Shown here: positions 22,249 through 37,200 of the stretch, one piece after another
Numbering within the stretch: the first letter of the stretch is position 1
How the letters are laid out: each line of letters starts with the position of its first letter
DNA from: Yuukianura sp. NJ FZ-2021
Lineage: Eukaryota
Assembly: GCA_046563655.1 (NCBI GenBank)
Contig: CM102286.1
Location: 14,756,001-14,820,000, forward strand
Direction: 5' to 3'
DNA length: 64,000 nucleotides
Notes under the pieces: generated by a model
The model's input: the letters and a program-made list of their open reading frames with translations, nothing else
Database searches by the model: none
What the model was told of the DNA's origin: nothing
Position numbers and translations under genes: made by a program

Positions 22249-25200
22249 ATGTTTTCGGACGGGAATTTGGTGGGTGACGGATCCTGGGAATTGCGTGTTC
22301 TTGTCACTGACCTGCGAGATGAAGAGCCAAAAACACTCAGGGTCAAAGGTGACACGCACATTGGAGGAGTCATTCTACAACTTGTGGATGATTTGGGTAA
22401 AATTTTGAAAAAAATTTGAAGTTTCGAAATTTCAAACTACGTAGTTTTTTTTTGGGAATTCTGTGAAGTGTGACATACATTTTTTTTCGTGTCTACTTTT
22501 CTACTTTTTAGCGGCACTTAAGTAAAAAAAATGATTTAATTTTGACTTGTTGCAAAATGATTTTTTTGTGTTATTTTTTGCAAGTGCAACTCAAAATGAC
22601 GTTATTGAATTTTCGTGATTCATGAATTGAACTTTTTCTTAACTTTTAAGTTTTTATGAGGATGTAACAAAACCACAAACATTTCTCATCAACCACATTA
22701 TTGTCGGAAGTTACGCACGCCATCAAAAATTTGTCACTTTTCCTTTGTAAGCGTCACGAACTTCCTTAAAGCTGACTTGGAAAATTCCAAATTTGGATTC
22801 CATTTTTTCATTTTTAGCAAAACTTTGCACATTCTGTGTTATAACACTTGATGTCATCTTGGTACATTTTAGCACATGTGAACCAGATCCAGGAAAAACA
22901 AGGTCATAGGTCAGTCTGGCTCCAAAATTTAACTTAAAAGCGCCAATTTCAAATCTTTTCCATTTTTTTTTCAAAAGTACCCGCTACTGGTTTTCATCTC
23001 ATGAATAATTTATGATTTCCTAAAATATTGTCATCATCTCCCAAGATTTGAAATGTGGAACATGGACATTTTGATGTTTTTGACTAATGGCCATGTCACT
23101 TTTTAAGTTGACATGGCTGTCACGTCTTCATGTCACATGTCACGGACAATCCGATGGACATGACCTTCCTAACATACCCTAACAAAGTAGTACAAAACCT
23201 TCAATTGAGGATTATGACAAGTACCTAATCATTTTTTTTAACTTCTTTTTTGAATTTCAAATCTTGGGGCTCTTTTATATTCTTTTGAATTGTCCGGTTT
23301 TACGCTTGGACATGAGTGTATGGCCCCCAGGGGTTAGTTTTTATTGCACATTTTCATGCACTCTATAAGTTGAGTTTTTAAATAGCAATTAAAAAAACGC
23401 GTTTATTGCGGCGTTAATTGTTGAAATTGTTGATGATTAATTACGTCATGACTAAAAAGCCAGAGGCTCCCACGACTTCCTCTTTGCATCTTCAAGGTCC
23501 TTGAACAACCCACGACTGAATTCCAATCCCCCTCTGTCATTTATCACGTAATTTCACCATCTCACAAAATGTTACTCTTTTTTGAGTCTATGAGTATGTG
23601 CAGTGCTTAAAAAGATGATTGATGCGCATGAGCAGTGCTTAAAGTAAAGAAAAAAGTGAACCTACGCAGTAATGACAAATATTTGCTCAGTGTTTCCGTT
23701 TTTTAAAGGAAGTTTGAGCCAGTGCCGTTAAATAAAAATTTAAATGATTTGAAGTGACCTTGCGTAGTTTGTGGCCGGCCGAAAAGTTTAAAAAAATAAG
23801 CCCTTTGAGTTTTTTGTTTTTGTTTTTCAAATTTTCCCGCCGTTTACCCTTGAACGCGATATCTTTCCTAAATCCCTCTCAAAACTTGTTTATTTTTTCA
23901 AAAAATGTTTGTCTACGGCCTTAAAATTTTACGTTCCTTTGTACTTTTGAACAACAATTGGTTATGGATGTGGCGTGACACTTTTTTGAATGGATCTTCA
24001 AAAATAGTATTGTTGAAGGTACATTCAACTCTTGTCCTAATTTTGACTTTTATGAAACTGTTACAACCTTCGATTAGTCTAAGATGAATTACAACCTTAT
24101 GAATAACCTAACTTTTAGCCTAGTTTAGGAATAAGCATAACCTAATTTAGGTTATCTCAAGGCTAATTTTACTTTTTATGTTAAACTTTTACTGCCTTTT
24201 GTCTTACAAGAAACACAAACAAATTTTATGATGTTTAGAACTTTCGTACTAAAAAATTTGGCAAACTGTGCCATTTTTTGGGCGGCGGCAAGTTTGTTTT
24301 TGAAATTTTATTTTGGAGGCTACGGAAATTCCTGAATGTTGAGAGCGCCTTCCTGTTTGTTTAAAAGAGGGGGAGCCCTTAAGGGCTGATTGTGAACAAG
24401 GGAATTCTTGAGATGGAGCCCTTAACTCAAGGAACTTAAGGGATTATCATAAATCAGAAGCGGCGCAACTATGGCGCGACCAACACTTTCTTTGAAATTT
24501 TTTGTGTAAGTGTATGATGGCTGAGCATAGTTATGTTAAGGGCCCCCCTCCCTTCATTGATATTCTCCCATTGTCCTTTGCCTTACAAATAACTTTCTGG
24601 AGGGCCCTTGAGCCTCAATTGCGTGTCTTGACTTCTTGCCCTTGTTTGTTTTAGAACAGAAATGCCGGGGTACCTTTAAGTCCATAAAAATTGAAATTTT
24701 TATTTTTATTTTTATTTTTTTGAAATTTTCAATTTCATTTTTTCCCGTCTTGGACCTTGGTCGCTCATCCTTGTCCGAAACCCGGGAAAATTTAAATTAA
24801 AAATTCAAGGTCACCAAACCACAAGCATTTTGGACTCGGAGCTTTTTGTTAACTTTTGTGTCAGAATTTCCAAAATGTGCACAAATGCAATTTTTGAAGG
24901 CGTTACAAAGTGTTAAAAGTGTCACTTGACCTCAATTGAATTTTAGAGGTTTTGAGTGCCAGTTAAATTTAAATTGGCAAAATTTCCATTCAGTGTCAAC
25001 ACTTTAGTTGAACTTTTTTTTTCCAAAACAGCCGCTGATTTAATCCAATTTTGGTCAATTCCACGACTATTTTGAATGTCACACAATCTGAACATGTGTC
25101 GAATTCAAAATTTTAGAGTTTAACTTTTCAAAATTTTGAAAAAAATTAAAAATGATCCTTTGAAACACGAAAATTACAGCAACTGCGATGATATATGAGA

Positions 25201-28200
25201 GCTACAAAAGAAAATCTGAGCAATTTATCAAGTTAATTGGCCAAAACGTGTTAATTATGGGCGTCAGAAGGCCAATTATAGGATCAAAATTATATAAATT
25301 ATTTTTGAAATTCTCTAAATCACTTTTGAGTGTTGAAAATTCCCCAACATTTTCAAAATTTCGAAATTCTTCTAACATGAAATTTTGAATTCTAGCAGAG
25401 TTTCTTGCATTTTAATGAATCTATAAGGAAGGAACTACACAGTAAAATAGCGTGCGAATTCTTTTTTCCTGTACAAGACTGTTTAAAATTCTACGTGCAG
25501 AAAATTGTGGGATGAAACTTACACCACACGTGATTTTTTTTTCTTCTTTTTTGCAAATGGTATAAAACTTGCTTTGTGGAACGAAATCTGTTGATGAAGG
25601 TCACTTGCTTTAAAAATAAAAACTGCTATGTCATTAAATCAAGAAAAGAAGATTTTTTGCACTAAAATGTGAAGATCTACTTATGTCTGTCTAAAGTTTT
25701 GCAAAAATTGCACTTTTGCAAAAAATTGGCACAGTTTTAATTAATTTACGAGTTGAAACAACTTTTTCCCCATCCAGGTTTTTGCAGTTGTCATTTTTTA
25801 TCATTTCTGCCAATCACACGAGTTTTCTCAGAACCACATCCTGTGAAACACACTTTTTCAAATTTCCCGCCATGCAAAACATATTGCAAAACTTTTACAT
25901 CTTTTTACGAAACTTTTACGATTGATTAATGTGCAAAAAGTTTGCACATTTTCACAGTCGTAAAATCCTATTTTTCTCGTCTTTTAACAAAGACATGTTT
26001 TTTTTATTTTTGCAAAAATGAAAAAAGTAAAAGTTAACAACCATTTTTTTTTGAAAGTTCGCAATATTTTTCCTCTAAAGGCTGTAAGCCTAATCATCAT
26101 CAATCAAAATGTCAGTTTCTGCAAAACCAAAAAGAGCAAAGCGAACGACCTTTTGACTTTTTCAAACCTTTCGAAAGTTGGACAGACGCAGAAGCCTGAA
26201 CTTTCTGTTGTTGCACATCGCCCCCCAAAAAAGTGACATTTTTCAGAATATATTTGAATTCTGATTAAGCTTTTCGTTAACAATGAAATGCGTTTTGTTA
26301 CTAGTTAAAAAAAACAGTTGGATAAAAAAAGTTGAGTTTTGCTTTTTGTTTAATTTGCGCAGCTCTTTTTGTGCAAAGTCATTTTGTCATTGTTTGGAAC
26401 TTTAATTTGGAATTAATTAAAAGCCAATTTCAATTACTTTTGGACATTGTTTTGGACTAAGCAGGAAGAAGATGACACAAAAGTAAAAGCTATTGTGATT
26501 TTTTCTATTTGGAGGGAGTAACTAATTGGACAATTTCATTTTCAAGAGTGTGATTCATACAATTTCAAAAGTTCCCTCCAGTGGACGTTCTGATTTTGAT
26601 GACTTAATGACATACCCAACTACTTTGTCTATAATTTATGGACCAGGGCGGGAAATTTTCAAAAAATCGGAAACGGACACAAATTGTCCCTCCCTATATA
26701 GTCTCTTCTCACTTGAATTATTTCCAAAATCACCAGAAAACCGCTTTTCAAAACAAAAATTTCAGAAGTCGCTGCTGGAAGACCATTTTGGAAATGTTTC
26801 ACAGTCGATTGAACATAACAGTGATGACAAATCGTAACTGGAAATCAAATCAACGCGTGGCGTGAAAAAAATTACGAAATTTTCAGTTTCACCAAAAGTA
26901 TGAAATCTTTCAAAATTTCTCATCTGTGGTGCTTTCAACATGATTCCAAGATTGCAAAAGCAGTTTCGCTCGAGATTTCCAAAATTTTCAAAAAATGATT
27001 CATGATCTTGTTGTAGATTTTTCGAAAAAATGAAAAAAATGATTGAGTTTCGTTTTGGCTCGTTGTATCCACCCTAGACATTTCCGCTTTTCCTGGATTA
27101 AGTGCTGGTGATAAATGGATTTATGGAAGGCAGGCTTAAGGGCCTGTCACACTCCAAGTCCACATCAAAATCTTCTCGTTTTTGGAAAAAAGGGCCCCCT
27201 TTCCAGAAAAAGTGGACCCCTTGCGGGGGAGACTTAATTTGGAGCCAGTTGCTGGTTTAAGTGGACTTTTCCTAAATCCCATTACATTCATTTCCGAAAA
27301 CTACTCACAGTGTAATAATTAGTTTGAAATGAAAATGAAATGGAAGTGACAATGAAATTTGGAGTGATAGATGATCAGACTGTTCTCACGTTCGGATGAA
27401 ACGCGATCTGGATAAGACTGTTCACAAATTACGTCATCCATTGTGTGGGTGGATTGCACAAATACCCTATTTATCGGCGTATAACGCGCGCCTTATAAGT
27501 TGTTTCGGTAGGAACTAATTGAAAAAAAAAGCGGGACTCTCGGAGAGTTTTGAGAAAAATTATTTTTGAAAAAGTTATCGACTATCAGTTTAGTTTAAAG
27601 TTTTGTTTATGAGTTTTTTTTTAATTGTTTTTTTTTTTGAAAATTGGAGTTTATTCTGCGCCTGACAGACAAACTCTTATGAAAACAGTGTCTGACATGC
27701 AATAGATGTCAGGAGCCAATCAGCAGCGACTTCCTGTTCCCGCCAAAATTTGAATTTGAGGAAATTAGTACTTGGGGATTTAGGGTAGTTGGCAGGAAAT
27801 GAAAATCTGAAGTAAGCTTATAAGTGTCTAGTCAAACTTTCACCATGTAAACCGTCACTTTTTTCTTTCAAATGCGATCATATGCCAAGGTTCTCGAAAT
27901 TTACACAAGATAGGCCAAAATTTTGAAAAAACGAGTTGGAAGATAGAGACGGAGCCATATTGAGCAAACAGTCTCCAGTCTCGCTTCCTTACCTCTTTGC
28001 CGCCACATCTATTTTTAAACATTACGCCGACCAAAAATGTTTTGGCGCCCAACTCTATTTTTTGATTTTCTTTTTACCCAAAACTCTTTTTGCAAAGTTG
28101 GACTTGCACGGCAGAAAAATAAAAGTAAAATTTTTATTGAAAATTTTCTAAACTCCTGAAATTTAGATTACAGTGATCACTGTGCAACTTGAAATTCAAA

Positions 28201-31200
28201 ATTTTGAATTTTGTTTTTGAAAATGAATTGAAAACATAACGGTGTAAATAATAACTTTGAGGGTTATCTACTGATACCATAATCGCACTCTGAAGCAGAT
28301 TTGTGTTGCGTCTGTTAAAGTAGAAATGAAAGCTCTACAGAGTGTGATATCACTTTTTGTAAACATTCGAAAACACGAAAAGTTTAATACTCAAAAAGCA
28401 ATAAATTTTAGTTCAAAATTGAAGCCCAAAGTGGACGTCAGTCAATAATTCATTCTCAGAAAATTTTAATTTCAAGTGGACCAAAATACTTGACTTCTAG
28501 AGCCTTCAAGATAAAAAAAAACGTTTCAATTACATGTTTTTCTAAACTCAAAATTTTAAGTACTGCTCGTGCAACATTCAAGATTTTCATTAAAAATCGG
28601 GATTCTCAAACTTCCAGGAAAATTTGTCAAAGGTTTTAAAAACCATACATATTTTTGACAGACTTCACCGGAAAATCAATTTCCGGTTTGAAAGGCTTGT
28701 GGCGAGCTGCGTTTTCCGGAAAAATTAATTCGAAAAAAAATGGACTTCCCGTTTTCCTCATTTCTCCTTTTTTAGTAGTTCTCCAGCATTTTTTTGCTTT
28801 TTATCGTCGTTGTCCAGAATTTTCTCCTTCTAAGAATTTCCAAATTTTGAAATTCTATTGGAATTTTTACGGTAAAAAGTCGTTTCACCTAACTTCTTAC
28901 TTTGGGCTGTGTTCCTCCTTGGTCATTAGGCTGGAGAAAGTCATGCTCCATCCATTAGGCGTTTCGCTGGAGAAAGCACTTCCAGCGGGAGAAACTACGC
29001 TCAAACTTTCTCCAACTTTTTTCATAAAATTTGACATTTACGAAAACCCATTTTGGTAGTTCTAAACTTAATGAAAGGAACAAAGCAAATGGAAGTTGCT
29101 CAAATTCAATTTCCTGCTCAGCACTTTTCCTAAGTGAAGATGAGCCGAAAAAGCACTTTGGGCAGCACTTTGTGTAAAAACTAAACTTTTTATGCTTGTG
29201 TTTTGTTTTTGGCTCAATCGAGGTCAAAAGGTCACGAGAGTGTAGGAATATTAATCAGAGACAAAGTAGTAAAGTTAATGTGAGTGAAAATAGTAAACAT
29301 TAAAATGGGTTGCGTGCTCATTTTTTGAAAATGGGCGCGCTTTGTCTGTGTCCATTTGTTTTCATCGCGTGCTGGCAAAGATTTTGTGTGGTTTAGAGTT
29401 GTGCACCGCACAGAATGAAAAAAAGTAGGGCAAGATGCCCATGTCTGAACGGACAGATATAAATAGGCCAATCTCCCTAATGGACTCAAACACAGATTTC
29501 CTCCCGCCTTTTTCATCTGTCTAAAAAATCTTTGTTTGCGTGTTTCCGTGTTGTTTGATTCGCTCAATTTTTAGAAAACTTAAAAAAAACTGAATTTTCG
29601 GTTTGAATTAGCCTTTTTGTGGTCCTAATTCGAAAATTTGCGGCCAAGAAGAGGCGGGAGGTTGGAAAATTTTGGCAAGGAGTTCAAGAGTTTTTTTTTG
29701 TGCGTAGCAAGGAGTGGAGCGAAATTTGAAAAAGTGAAGCGTCAGCATTGGAGCTATGAATATCTTTTGACTTTGGCTAAATGCCAACTTAGCACAAAAA
29801 GTTCATTCTGAACGTTGTTTTTTCTCTTGTGCTGCTTTGCTAGATTCGGTCTCTGCAAAAGTTGTTCAAACACATATTTTCCCATGATTCACTTGAAATA
29901 ACAAACAGGGCCTGGATTTGTCAGTCTCTGTTCACTTCCGGATCCAAATTCACCAGTTTATTAAAAATAACACTGCTTTTGATTTATCCAACTTAATCTG
30001 GATCAGAATGTGCACAACTCTAAAAGAGGAAAGAGAAAAACACTGCGTGGGAGAAACAAATCATGGGAAAAGTCATTCAAAACGTCGATTTCCCGGGTAT
30101 TCACTCCGGAAGGTCATTCAACTCCCGAAATCGGGAAGCAAAAAAAAATTAGGAACTGAATTCAAGACAAAGTAAAAATCAGGCTTAGGGACCGAATTCA
30201 AGAGAAACCAAAATTAGCCGTTTCTTTTGTGTTTTGATTAAATTTACTTTTGAATTAATTTTTTCCCGGCTACTATTGAGCTGGTTTGAATTGGGGCAAA
30301 GTGAGACGACATGTCACGTGCCCATGATTGTATTACGAGGTTATGCGAGGTCACTGTTACTTTTGTAATACAAAAGAGTGATCATACGGAAGATTTAGTT
30401 CATAATCTGGTGAAGTAGTGTACTGCTTACACTACTTCCAAAATGGAATGTGGATCATTAGCTGTTTTGAAATTTCCCTCCACGAGTGGAGGAGGTTGTC
30501 CATAAAAGGCATCTTGTCTGGCAGGAGGCCAAATTCAAACATCAAAAAAGTACTTGCCTCATACACTATAAGCATAAAACACAGTTCATGGCTCAATTCA
30601 AATTTATACGCTCACAAAAATTACGAAATCCAACTTAATCAATCTTCAAAGTAAAAGTAAAAATTGTGAGCAGTTGAAGCTGTTTTACGGTAACTCGATC
30701 TTCTAAATTTTAAAAAATAAGTTGATCCAACTTCTTCCTGAAATAAGATTTAGTACGTCGTAGCCAATTTGGTTCACTTGTGACACTGAAGCTTAAGGCG
30801 CCAAAATTAAATTTCAAATTTTTAGAGCCCATAAGCAGTTCCAATAAAAAGTGAAACAGAATCTGTGTGTTTGTAGTCCATAATTCATGAGTGTGGTTGT
30901 GGGTTCCTTGGTCTCATTAATGTCGGCCTCACTTCATAAAATACTTTGTTACTCCGCTTCACCACGTTCATAAATTCTTTTCAAAAAGAAATCTTTTGTG
31001 TCCTTTTCAAACTTTGGCGCTCTTTTTCTAGATCAAAAAGAGACTAAAAGTAGATCTTTCCTTCCCATGGCCTAATGAACCCCCGTTTCCTTCCAGTTCA
31101 CTGAATTAGAACACTTTTTCGGCCTTGTCCAATTTCAAAAAAGTGGGTTCAAATCATACCCGGTTTTTCCCGCTTCTAAAATTTGAAATTCAAAGGCTTC

Positions 31201-34200
31201 CCGCTCTTTTCAAAATGCTTGACACGGATTTTACCCAGATCGGTTTCACTTTTGTTCAGAGTTCGCTCCCTTTGTCCGAATTAGCAAAGTGTGAAAATTG
31301 GCACGCGTTTGCAGTAACAAGTTACGTTTCGAGCCTTTTTCTTAAGTTTGAATTTCCTGGGAGATGAGTTTTTTTTTGTGCATGAACAACTTCGGGAGTG
31401 ACACTTTAATTGGTTACTTTTTGAATACGTGTAACGTGTAACCGTGTAACTTGCGTGCAACGTACCTTACACGCATGCGTGTCTGATTTGTATCACGTCA
31501 AAGCACAGCATTTAGTGTTAAGTTCATAATGTTCTCCCACATCACAGAACCCATAAGTTCCGTCCACTGTCAATGTCACGCATTCTAATTCAGAGTTGGG
31601 CAAATCGTAGGATTTTCAGATGCCCAAATATGGTTAGACTACTGCACCTTACTTAGCAACGATTTGTCTTATTCTGGAGGTTTTAGCAAAAAAGGCTTAC
31701 TGTCTTCATTTTTACCGTAAAGAATCGACTAATCCTCAGAATTGAGGATTCCTAAACCCATTTCAGTAGTAGAGTCCTGATTAGGAGTCTTGGGTGCTTA
31801 TGAGAACTTTTACGGTATTTTTTGAAAACAGGAAAGAGAGAAAGTGAGAGCGTCTTTTGTTTGGAGAGATGATCCAGAAAGGTTTATGATGCGAAGCGAG
31901 GGAACATTTGAAAACAAATCCGGCGGATTCCTAATCTCACAAGATTATTTCAAAGTGTAAACCTAATCTCCCGTGACCTCTGACCCTCCTTTTAGTAAAA
32001 CTAAAAAAATACAAAATACGAAAGTGTTAACTCTGAAGTGTGACTCTTTTGTTTTCGCTTTGGCTTAAGTAAGTTGTTGGTTGGATTTTGGGGTGACATT
32101 GACGAATCGGGCGACATCGAGAGCGTGACAGCGACATCTTGGATCCATTACGACCAAAGTGGCACGCAGTTTGGCAGTTTGCTTATTTTTCTAAGGTCAA
32201 AAGTCCATTTACGGCTTAATTTATTTTTGTTCTGTTCTCGCATCCAACAGTCAATCAGCCAAAATGTACAAACAAATTCCACCACAAATTGAGTATTTCG
32301 AAACACACATTTTTTGGATCAAGGTTGTTTTTTTTTTCCAAATTGGATCTTTACGGTATTCTGAAAAAAAAAAGTTTGAAACTTTTCTGCAAAGTCGTGA
32401 TGTAACGGTAGTAAAAGTAGACAATTGTCTCCGTAGAAGTCATCGTGTCATAAAATACTTCCAGAGGTCATTCACCTCTCCTTTGTTTGTGCGTACGACA
32501 TGTAGAATGCAGAAAAAAAAATTATTCGTGAACACGCGCGTGTGTGTCCAAATTTTTCAAAATTTTGACACCCAAGTGTCAAAACTTGTCAAAATTTTTC
32601 ATTTTTTACATTTAGAGCCTAAATTAGTCAGTCAACACGGAAATAAAGTAGACATTTCAATTTAGAAAAAATCTATTGTTTACAAAAATTTAAAAAAAAA
32701 TGTACTTTTGATTGTTTTTGAAGTTGAAATTTTGAAAAATTGAGTTTGAGTTATGAACTGGATGGTTGAGAGATTCGTGCTGCTGGAATTAGTTGTGGTA
32801 TGGTCCATGTCTCGTGGCGGGAGTTAGGGTGAAGTTTGAATTTTGAAAATGTGTTTTCTTAGAAAAATAAAGTTTTTGAACAAAAAGTGCGGATGCAGCA
32901 GGAGACTTTCAAAAGTTCCCCCTCTGTTTGGCATTCCTTAGATGAAGAAGAAGTAAAAGGCTTCTTGTGTTTCACTTTAGCACGACGAGATTTTAGTACT
33001 TGAGCAGAGTCTGCTTCAGACTTAATAAAAATTGGGGTTAAACAATTTTGAAAAATGTTTTTCCAAAAAATGTTTGAAAGATTCTAATCTACCGCCCTTC
33101 CGCCCTCTTGAACCAAAAACACATTTTAATCCACACCAAATGTTCTGAAAACGGGAAGCTGTTCTTGTTTTAAAAATTTTTCTAGAAGTAGGAATCAAAA
33201 AAACTTGTTTTCTTAGAAGATACAAATTAAACACAAAATTAAAATTTTAGAACGACAAACAAGGACTTTTTATAGTTTTTGACTTTTTTTCTGTTTCAGT
33301 TTTGACTATTTTTGCTGATTTTTCATCAGAATAGCAGATTTTTCTGCAACTTCGAAATTGTGGTGTTGTTCTAAAGTAGAGCCGTCCATATTTTTCTTGT
33401 TTTCAAATTGGAGGCATGTGCCGCCACATCTGCTGCTTGTGGCTTTTTTCAAAAAAATTAGGAATGAGTAGGGAGAAGTAATTGTTGGAGGAAATTGAAC
33501 ATGGTTTTAGGAGGGAAAATTTGAAAAACCAAAATGGAGGGGAAACCATAGTGTCGTTTTCACAAGATTAGACATCACAAGATCTTTACATCTGGGAGCA
33601 ACCAGACACGCCATGTGAAAAGCACACGACTTCTGTCAAACTTTTCCAAAATCACTTTTTCAAAAGTTAACTTACGGATGCACAACACAAGGGAAAAATG
33701 GAAAAATGTCTGGACTTCTTAAGAAGCAGCGTTAAAACTTTTATTTCAAGACAAAATTAAACTTTTACGTCAATCAAGTTCTTCGTAAAAATTCTAGCAA
33801 ACTTTCCGTTAAGGAGGACGAAAAGTTTATTCCAAGTTCTCCAACGTCCAAGAAAAATCGTGTTTCAAGTTCAAATTCTTCACATAAATTTTAAAGTGTT
33901 TGGGTGGAGGTCAACTTAATTTTACATGTTACGTAAATGGGCACTTTGAGTTTTAAAAAAAAACTCGTCGAAATTCGAAATGTATGAATTCACGACTGTG
34001 TTGCTGTGTATAACTATGTAGAAAAATACAACGTTTTGCAATCAGTTCTTTATTAGGAGAAAATTTGCACTTCATACTCCTCCTACGCCACCTTTCAATG
34101 TTTTTAGACAGTGACCTCAAATCCTACGAGGTCAAATTCAAAATTTGAATTTCAAATTCTCCCTCCAAATTCAAATTTTCCCTCCCCCAACTATTGTCTT

Positions 34201-37200
34201 TTTTCCTAATTGGGCTAACGGTCAGTCAGAAGAATTTTGACAGTATGAAAATGCTGAAATTCAAAATCTATGAAAGTAGAATATCAATTTGTACTCCTCC
34301 CTTGACTTTTTTTTAAATTTTGAGATTTTGTTGAAGAAGTGATTGGAAATCTAATGTGAATGGGTTTTAATTTGGGTGGAGTTGGTTTGTAAGATGCGAT
34401 TTGTGGTGGTGATAGGATGAAAAGTCCAAACAAATAGTGCGTGGGTGGAATCTGCTTAGAAGCCAACATTCATTATCTTCGTGGGTGTGGAGAGGCGGCA
34501 AGGTTTAAAAAAATCCCGGAAGCCAAATCCATTTTGTATCAAAGTTGAAATCTGGACATGCTTTGACTTGATGACCTCTGACCTCCCAGATTTCAAATTT
34601 TAAAAATTTGAAACCTGTTTTGAATTTGGATTTTTTTTTGAAATAGGAATTTCTATGGACTGGTCAGACCATGCGCTGTGGTGGCCCGAACGAAATATTT
34701 GGTTAACTCGGACACGATTTACGCTCGACCAGTATGGAGTGCAAGCAGATGCCTTACTATTCTTTACCCCAGTGCACAAGGTAAAACTTTAAAAAAAAAG
34801 AAAATTTCCAAAAACTTATGAAAATTCTTTCGAAGTTTTTTAATAATTTCTTTGGTTTTTAGATTCTCAATGTACAATTACCAGACAGAAGAGTTTTGCA
34901 ATGCAAAGTAGATTTTTCAATCAAAACTTTTAATTCAGTAGTTCAGCTCTGCAAAGAACTAGGTGAGTCAGTATTAAAATTTTGAAATTGAAAATATTAT
35001 TTTTTGTTTTTAATTTTCACTTTTTTTTAGGAATTCGCTACCCAGAAGAACTGTCATTTTGTCGCCCCCTATCGAACGACCACCTAAAACAAAATTACAC
35101 CCAAATGAAACGACTCGACACACAAAACGGCCGGCCCGAACTAGTTCGTGGGAAATCTCCTTTGCCCCCCGACACGAACACATTTATCGCCAATTCTCAC
35201 TCCAACGGCTCCATGTACAGTCGACACAACCATAGTACCGGAAGTTCGAGCAGTTCCGGTAGTTCCAATGGTGATCGGTTCCTCTGTGCCCCGATTCGGT
35301 CTCCCACAAAGTCCGGTATCAGTTCTCCCATGGGTTCTGGCGGAAGTGCCAACGGAGACTGGAACTCAAACAACACTATTCACTCATACTCTCCCATTCT
35401 GGGTGGGGCCAATGACTTTGACTTGGACGCTTTAGCCACCAGCCCCACCCCACCCTCCAATGACGTCAGAGCAAAGATGCTCCGCCCCAGAAATCTAGTA
35501 GAACGAGCACGCATGAACGTCGCGTAAGATTTTTAATTTATTTTTGCAGCGAGGCCCCAACGAGAACGTGCAGCATTCTAGTCTTTGACAAAACGAAAAT
35601 TCTTTCGTGTCTAAAAAAAATCTATCTAAAAATTAAGTTAAAAATGTCAAGCTTTCAAATGTTTGAGTTTTTACCCAGTTTGTTTAAAAAAAATCGTTCC
35701 AAAATTTTATTTATTATTGGGGCGAGGCCCCAGCGAAGACATGAAGCATTCTGGGCTTTCGAAAAAAAAATTTTTCGTTTCTAACTTAAAACCTATCTAA
35801 AAAAATTTTGAGAAAAAATGCCAAAATTCTCAAATTCTCTTACAGTTCCCTGCTTTTTGTTTGCCCAGACTTAAAACAAAGTTTCTAAAAAGTGTTTTCA
35901 TTTGTTTTTCTGTATTTTGAAATTTTAGGTGGCTCGATTCATCATTGTCGATTATGGAGCAAGGTGTGCGAGAGCAAGACACACTTTTTCTGCGATTTAA
36001 ATTCTACTCCTTCTATGACCTCAATCCAAAGTACGATTCGGTTCGAATCAACCAACTTTATGAGCAAGCACGATGGCAACTCCTCAACGAAGAAATAGAA
36101 TGTACAGAAGAGGAGATGCTCATGTTTGCAGCATTACAAGTAAGCAATGCGAAATTTCAAAAACGGATTTTTTTGAAAATTTTGAATGTTTATTTTTGTT
36201 TTCAGCTCCAAGTCAATTTGCAAGCGAATGTTCCGCAGCCAGAAGTGGGTGGACTGGACGGAGAAGACGACATAGACGCTGCACTGAATGATTTACAAAT
36301 TACACTGGAAGGATCTACTGTCCAAAATCGGAACATGATGCAATCTCCAGAACTCTCAGAAAGTCTCAGAGTCATGAGGTCAAAGTTCAAAACACCAAAA
36401 TTTCAAAAAAATTCATGCCTTTTTCTAAAATTTGAAAATTTTGAATTTTAGGCCCAAGAAGTTTACACTGAAGGCCTTCAAGAAGTACCAAGTGACCTGC
36501 CGTGACCTTTACATGAACTTTCAAAAGTCAAGGAGTGACCCTGAGTCTGCTTTTTCAATTAGTCTCAAAGGCTGTGAAGTCACACCAGACGTTCAACTGT
36601 CTCAGAAAAAGTTTGGAATCAAACTAGAAGTTCCTGGACCCGATGGCATGTCCGAATTTTGGCTAAGATGTGACTCGGTAAGTGTTCGCAGTGTGGAAAA
36701 AATAACTCAACCGAGTGGGATTCGAACCCAAGTCTCTTCAATCCGGGAAGCACTCTAACCCTTGAGCTATCCGTCCCTTCTCGAGTATCTCAGGACGGAG
36801 CAATATTGGATCCGAGCTCATCTACGCACCGTAACCCTGCATCTCTCCAAACGGAAACTAGAATTTCGAAAATAATTTTTTTTAAATTAATTTTTTTTTC
36901 AAAATTTTGAAATTTTAGGAAGAGCAATATGCCAAGTGGATGGCCGCTTGTAAGTTGGGTTCCAAAGGGAAGACTTTGGCTGACAGTTCGTACGAGGGAG
37001 AAGTGAATCAGATTAAATCGTTTTTGCAAATGCAGCAAAGGGCCCCCGCCCCTGCAATCAATCCTTCCGCATTTGAAATTACACCGCAAGACTACGTTGC
37101 CCCGAGGCATCAGAAAAAAATCAAGGGCAAGGTATGTACTTCCAAAGATATCAAAATTTCAAAATTTTAATTTTTCCAAAATTTTAATTTTTTCAAAAAT

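Noticed and set aside
23900..34500. Many 60-130 aa ORFs in the kindlin intron
   Set aside because: K/F/N-rich translations of AT-rich noncoding DNA, with no motifs or coherent exon chain
35548..35590. Helitron 3' terminus (GC-rich stretch then CTAG-T)
   Set aside because: Hairpin is weak and no 5' end is identifiable; kept only as a generic repeat
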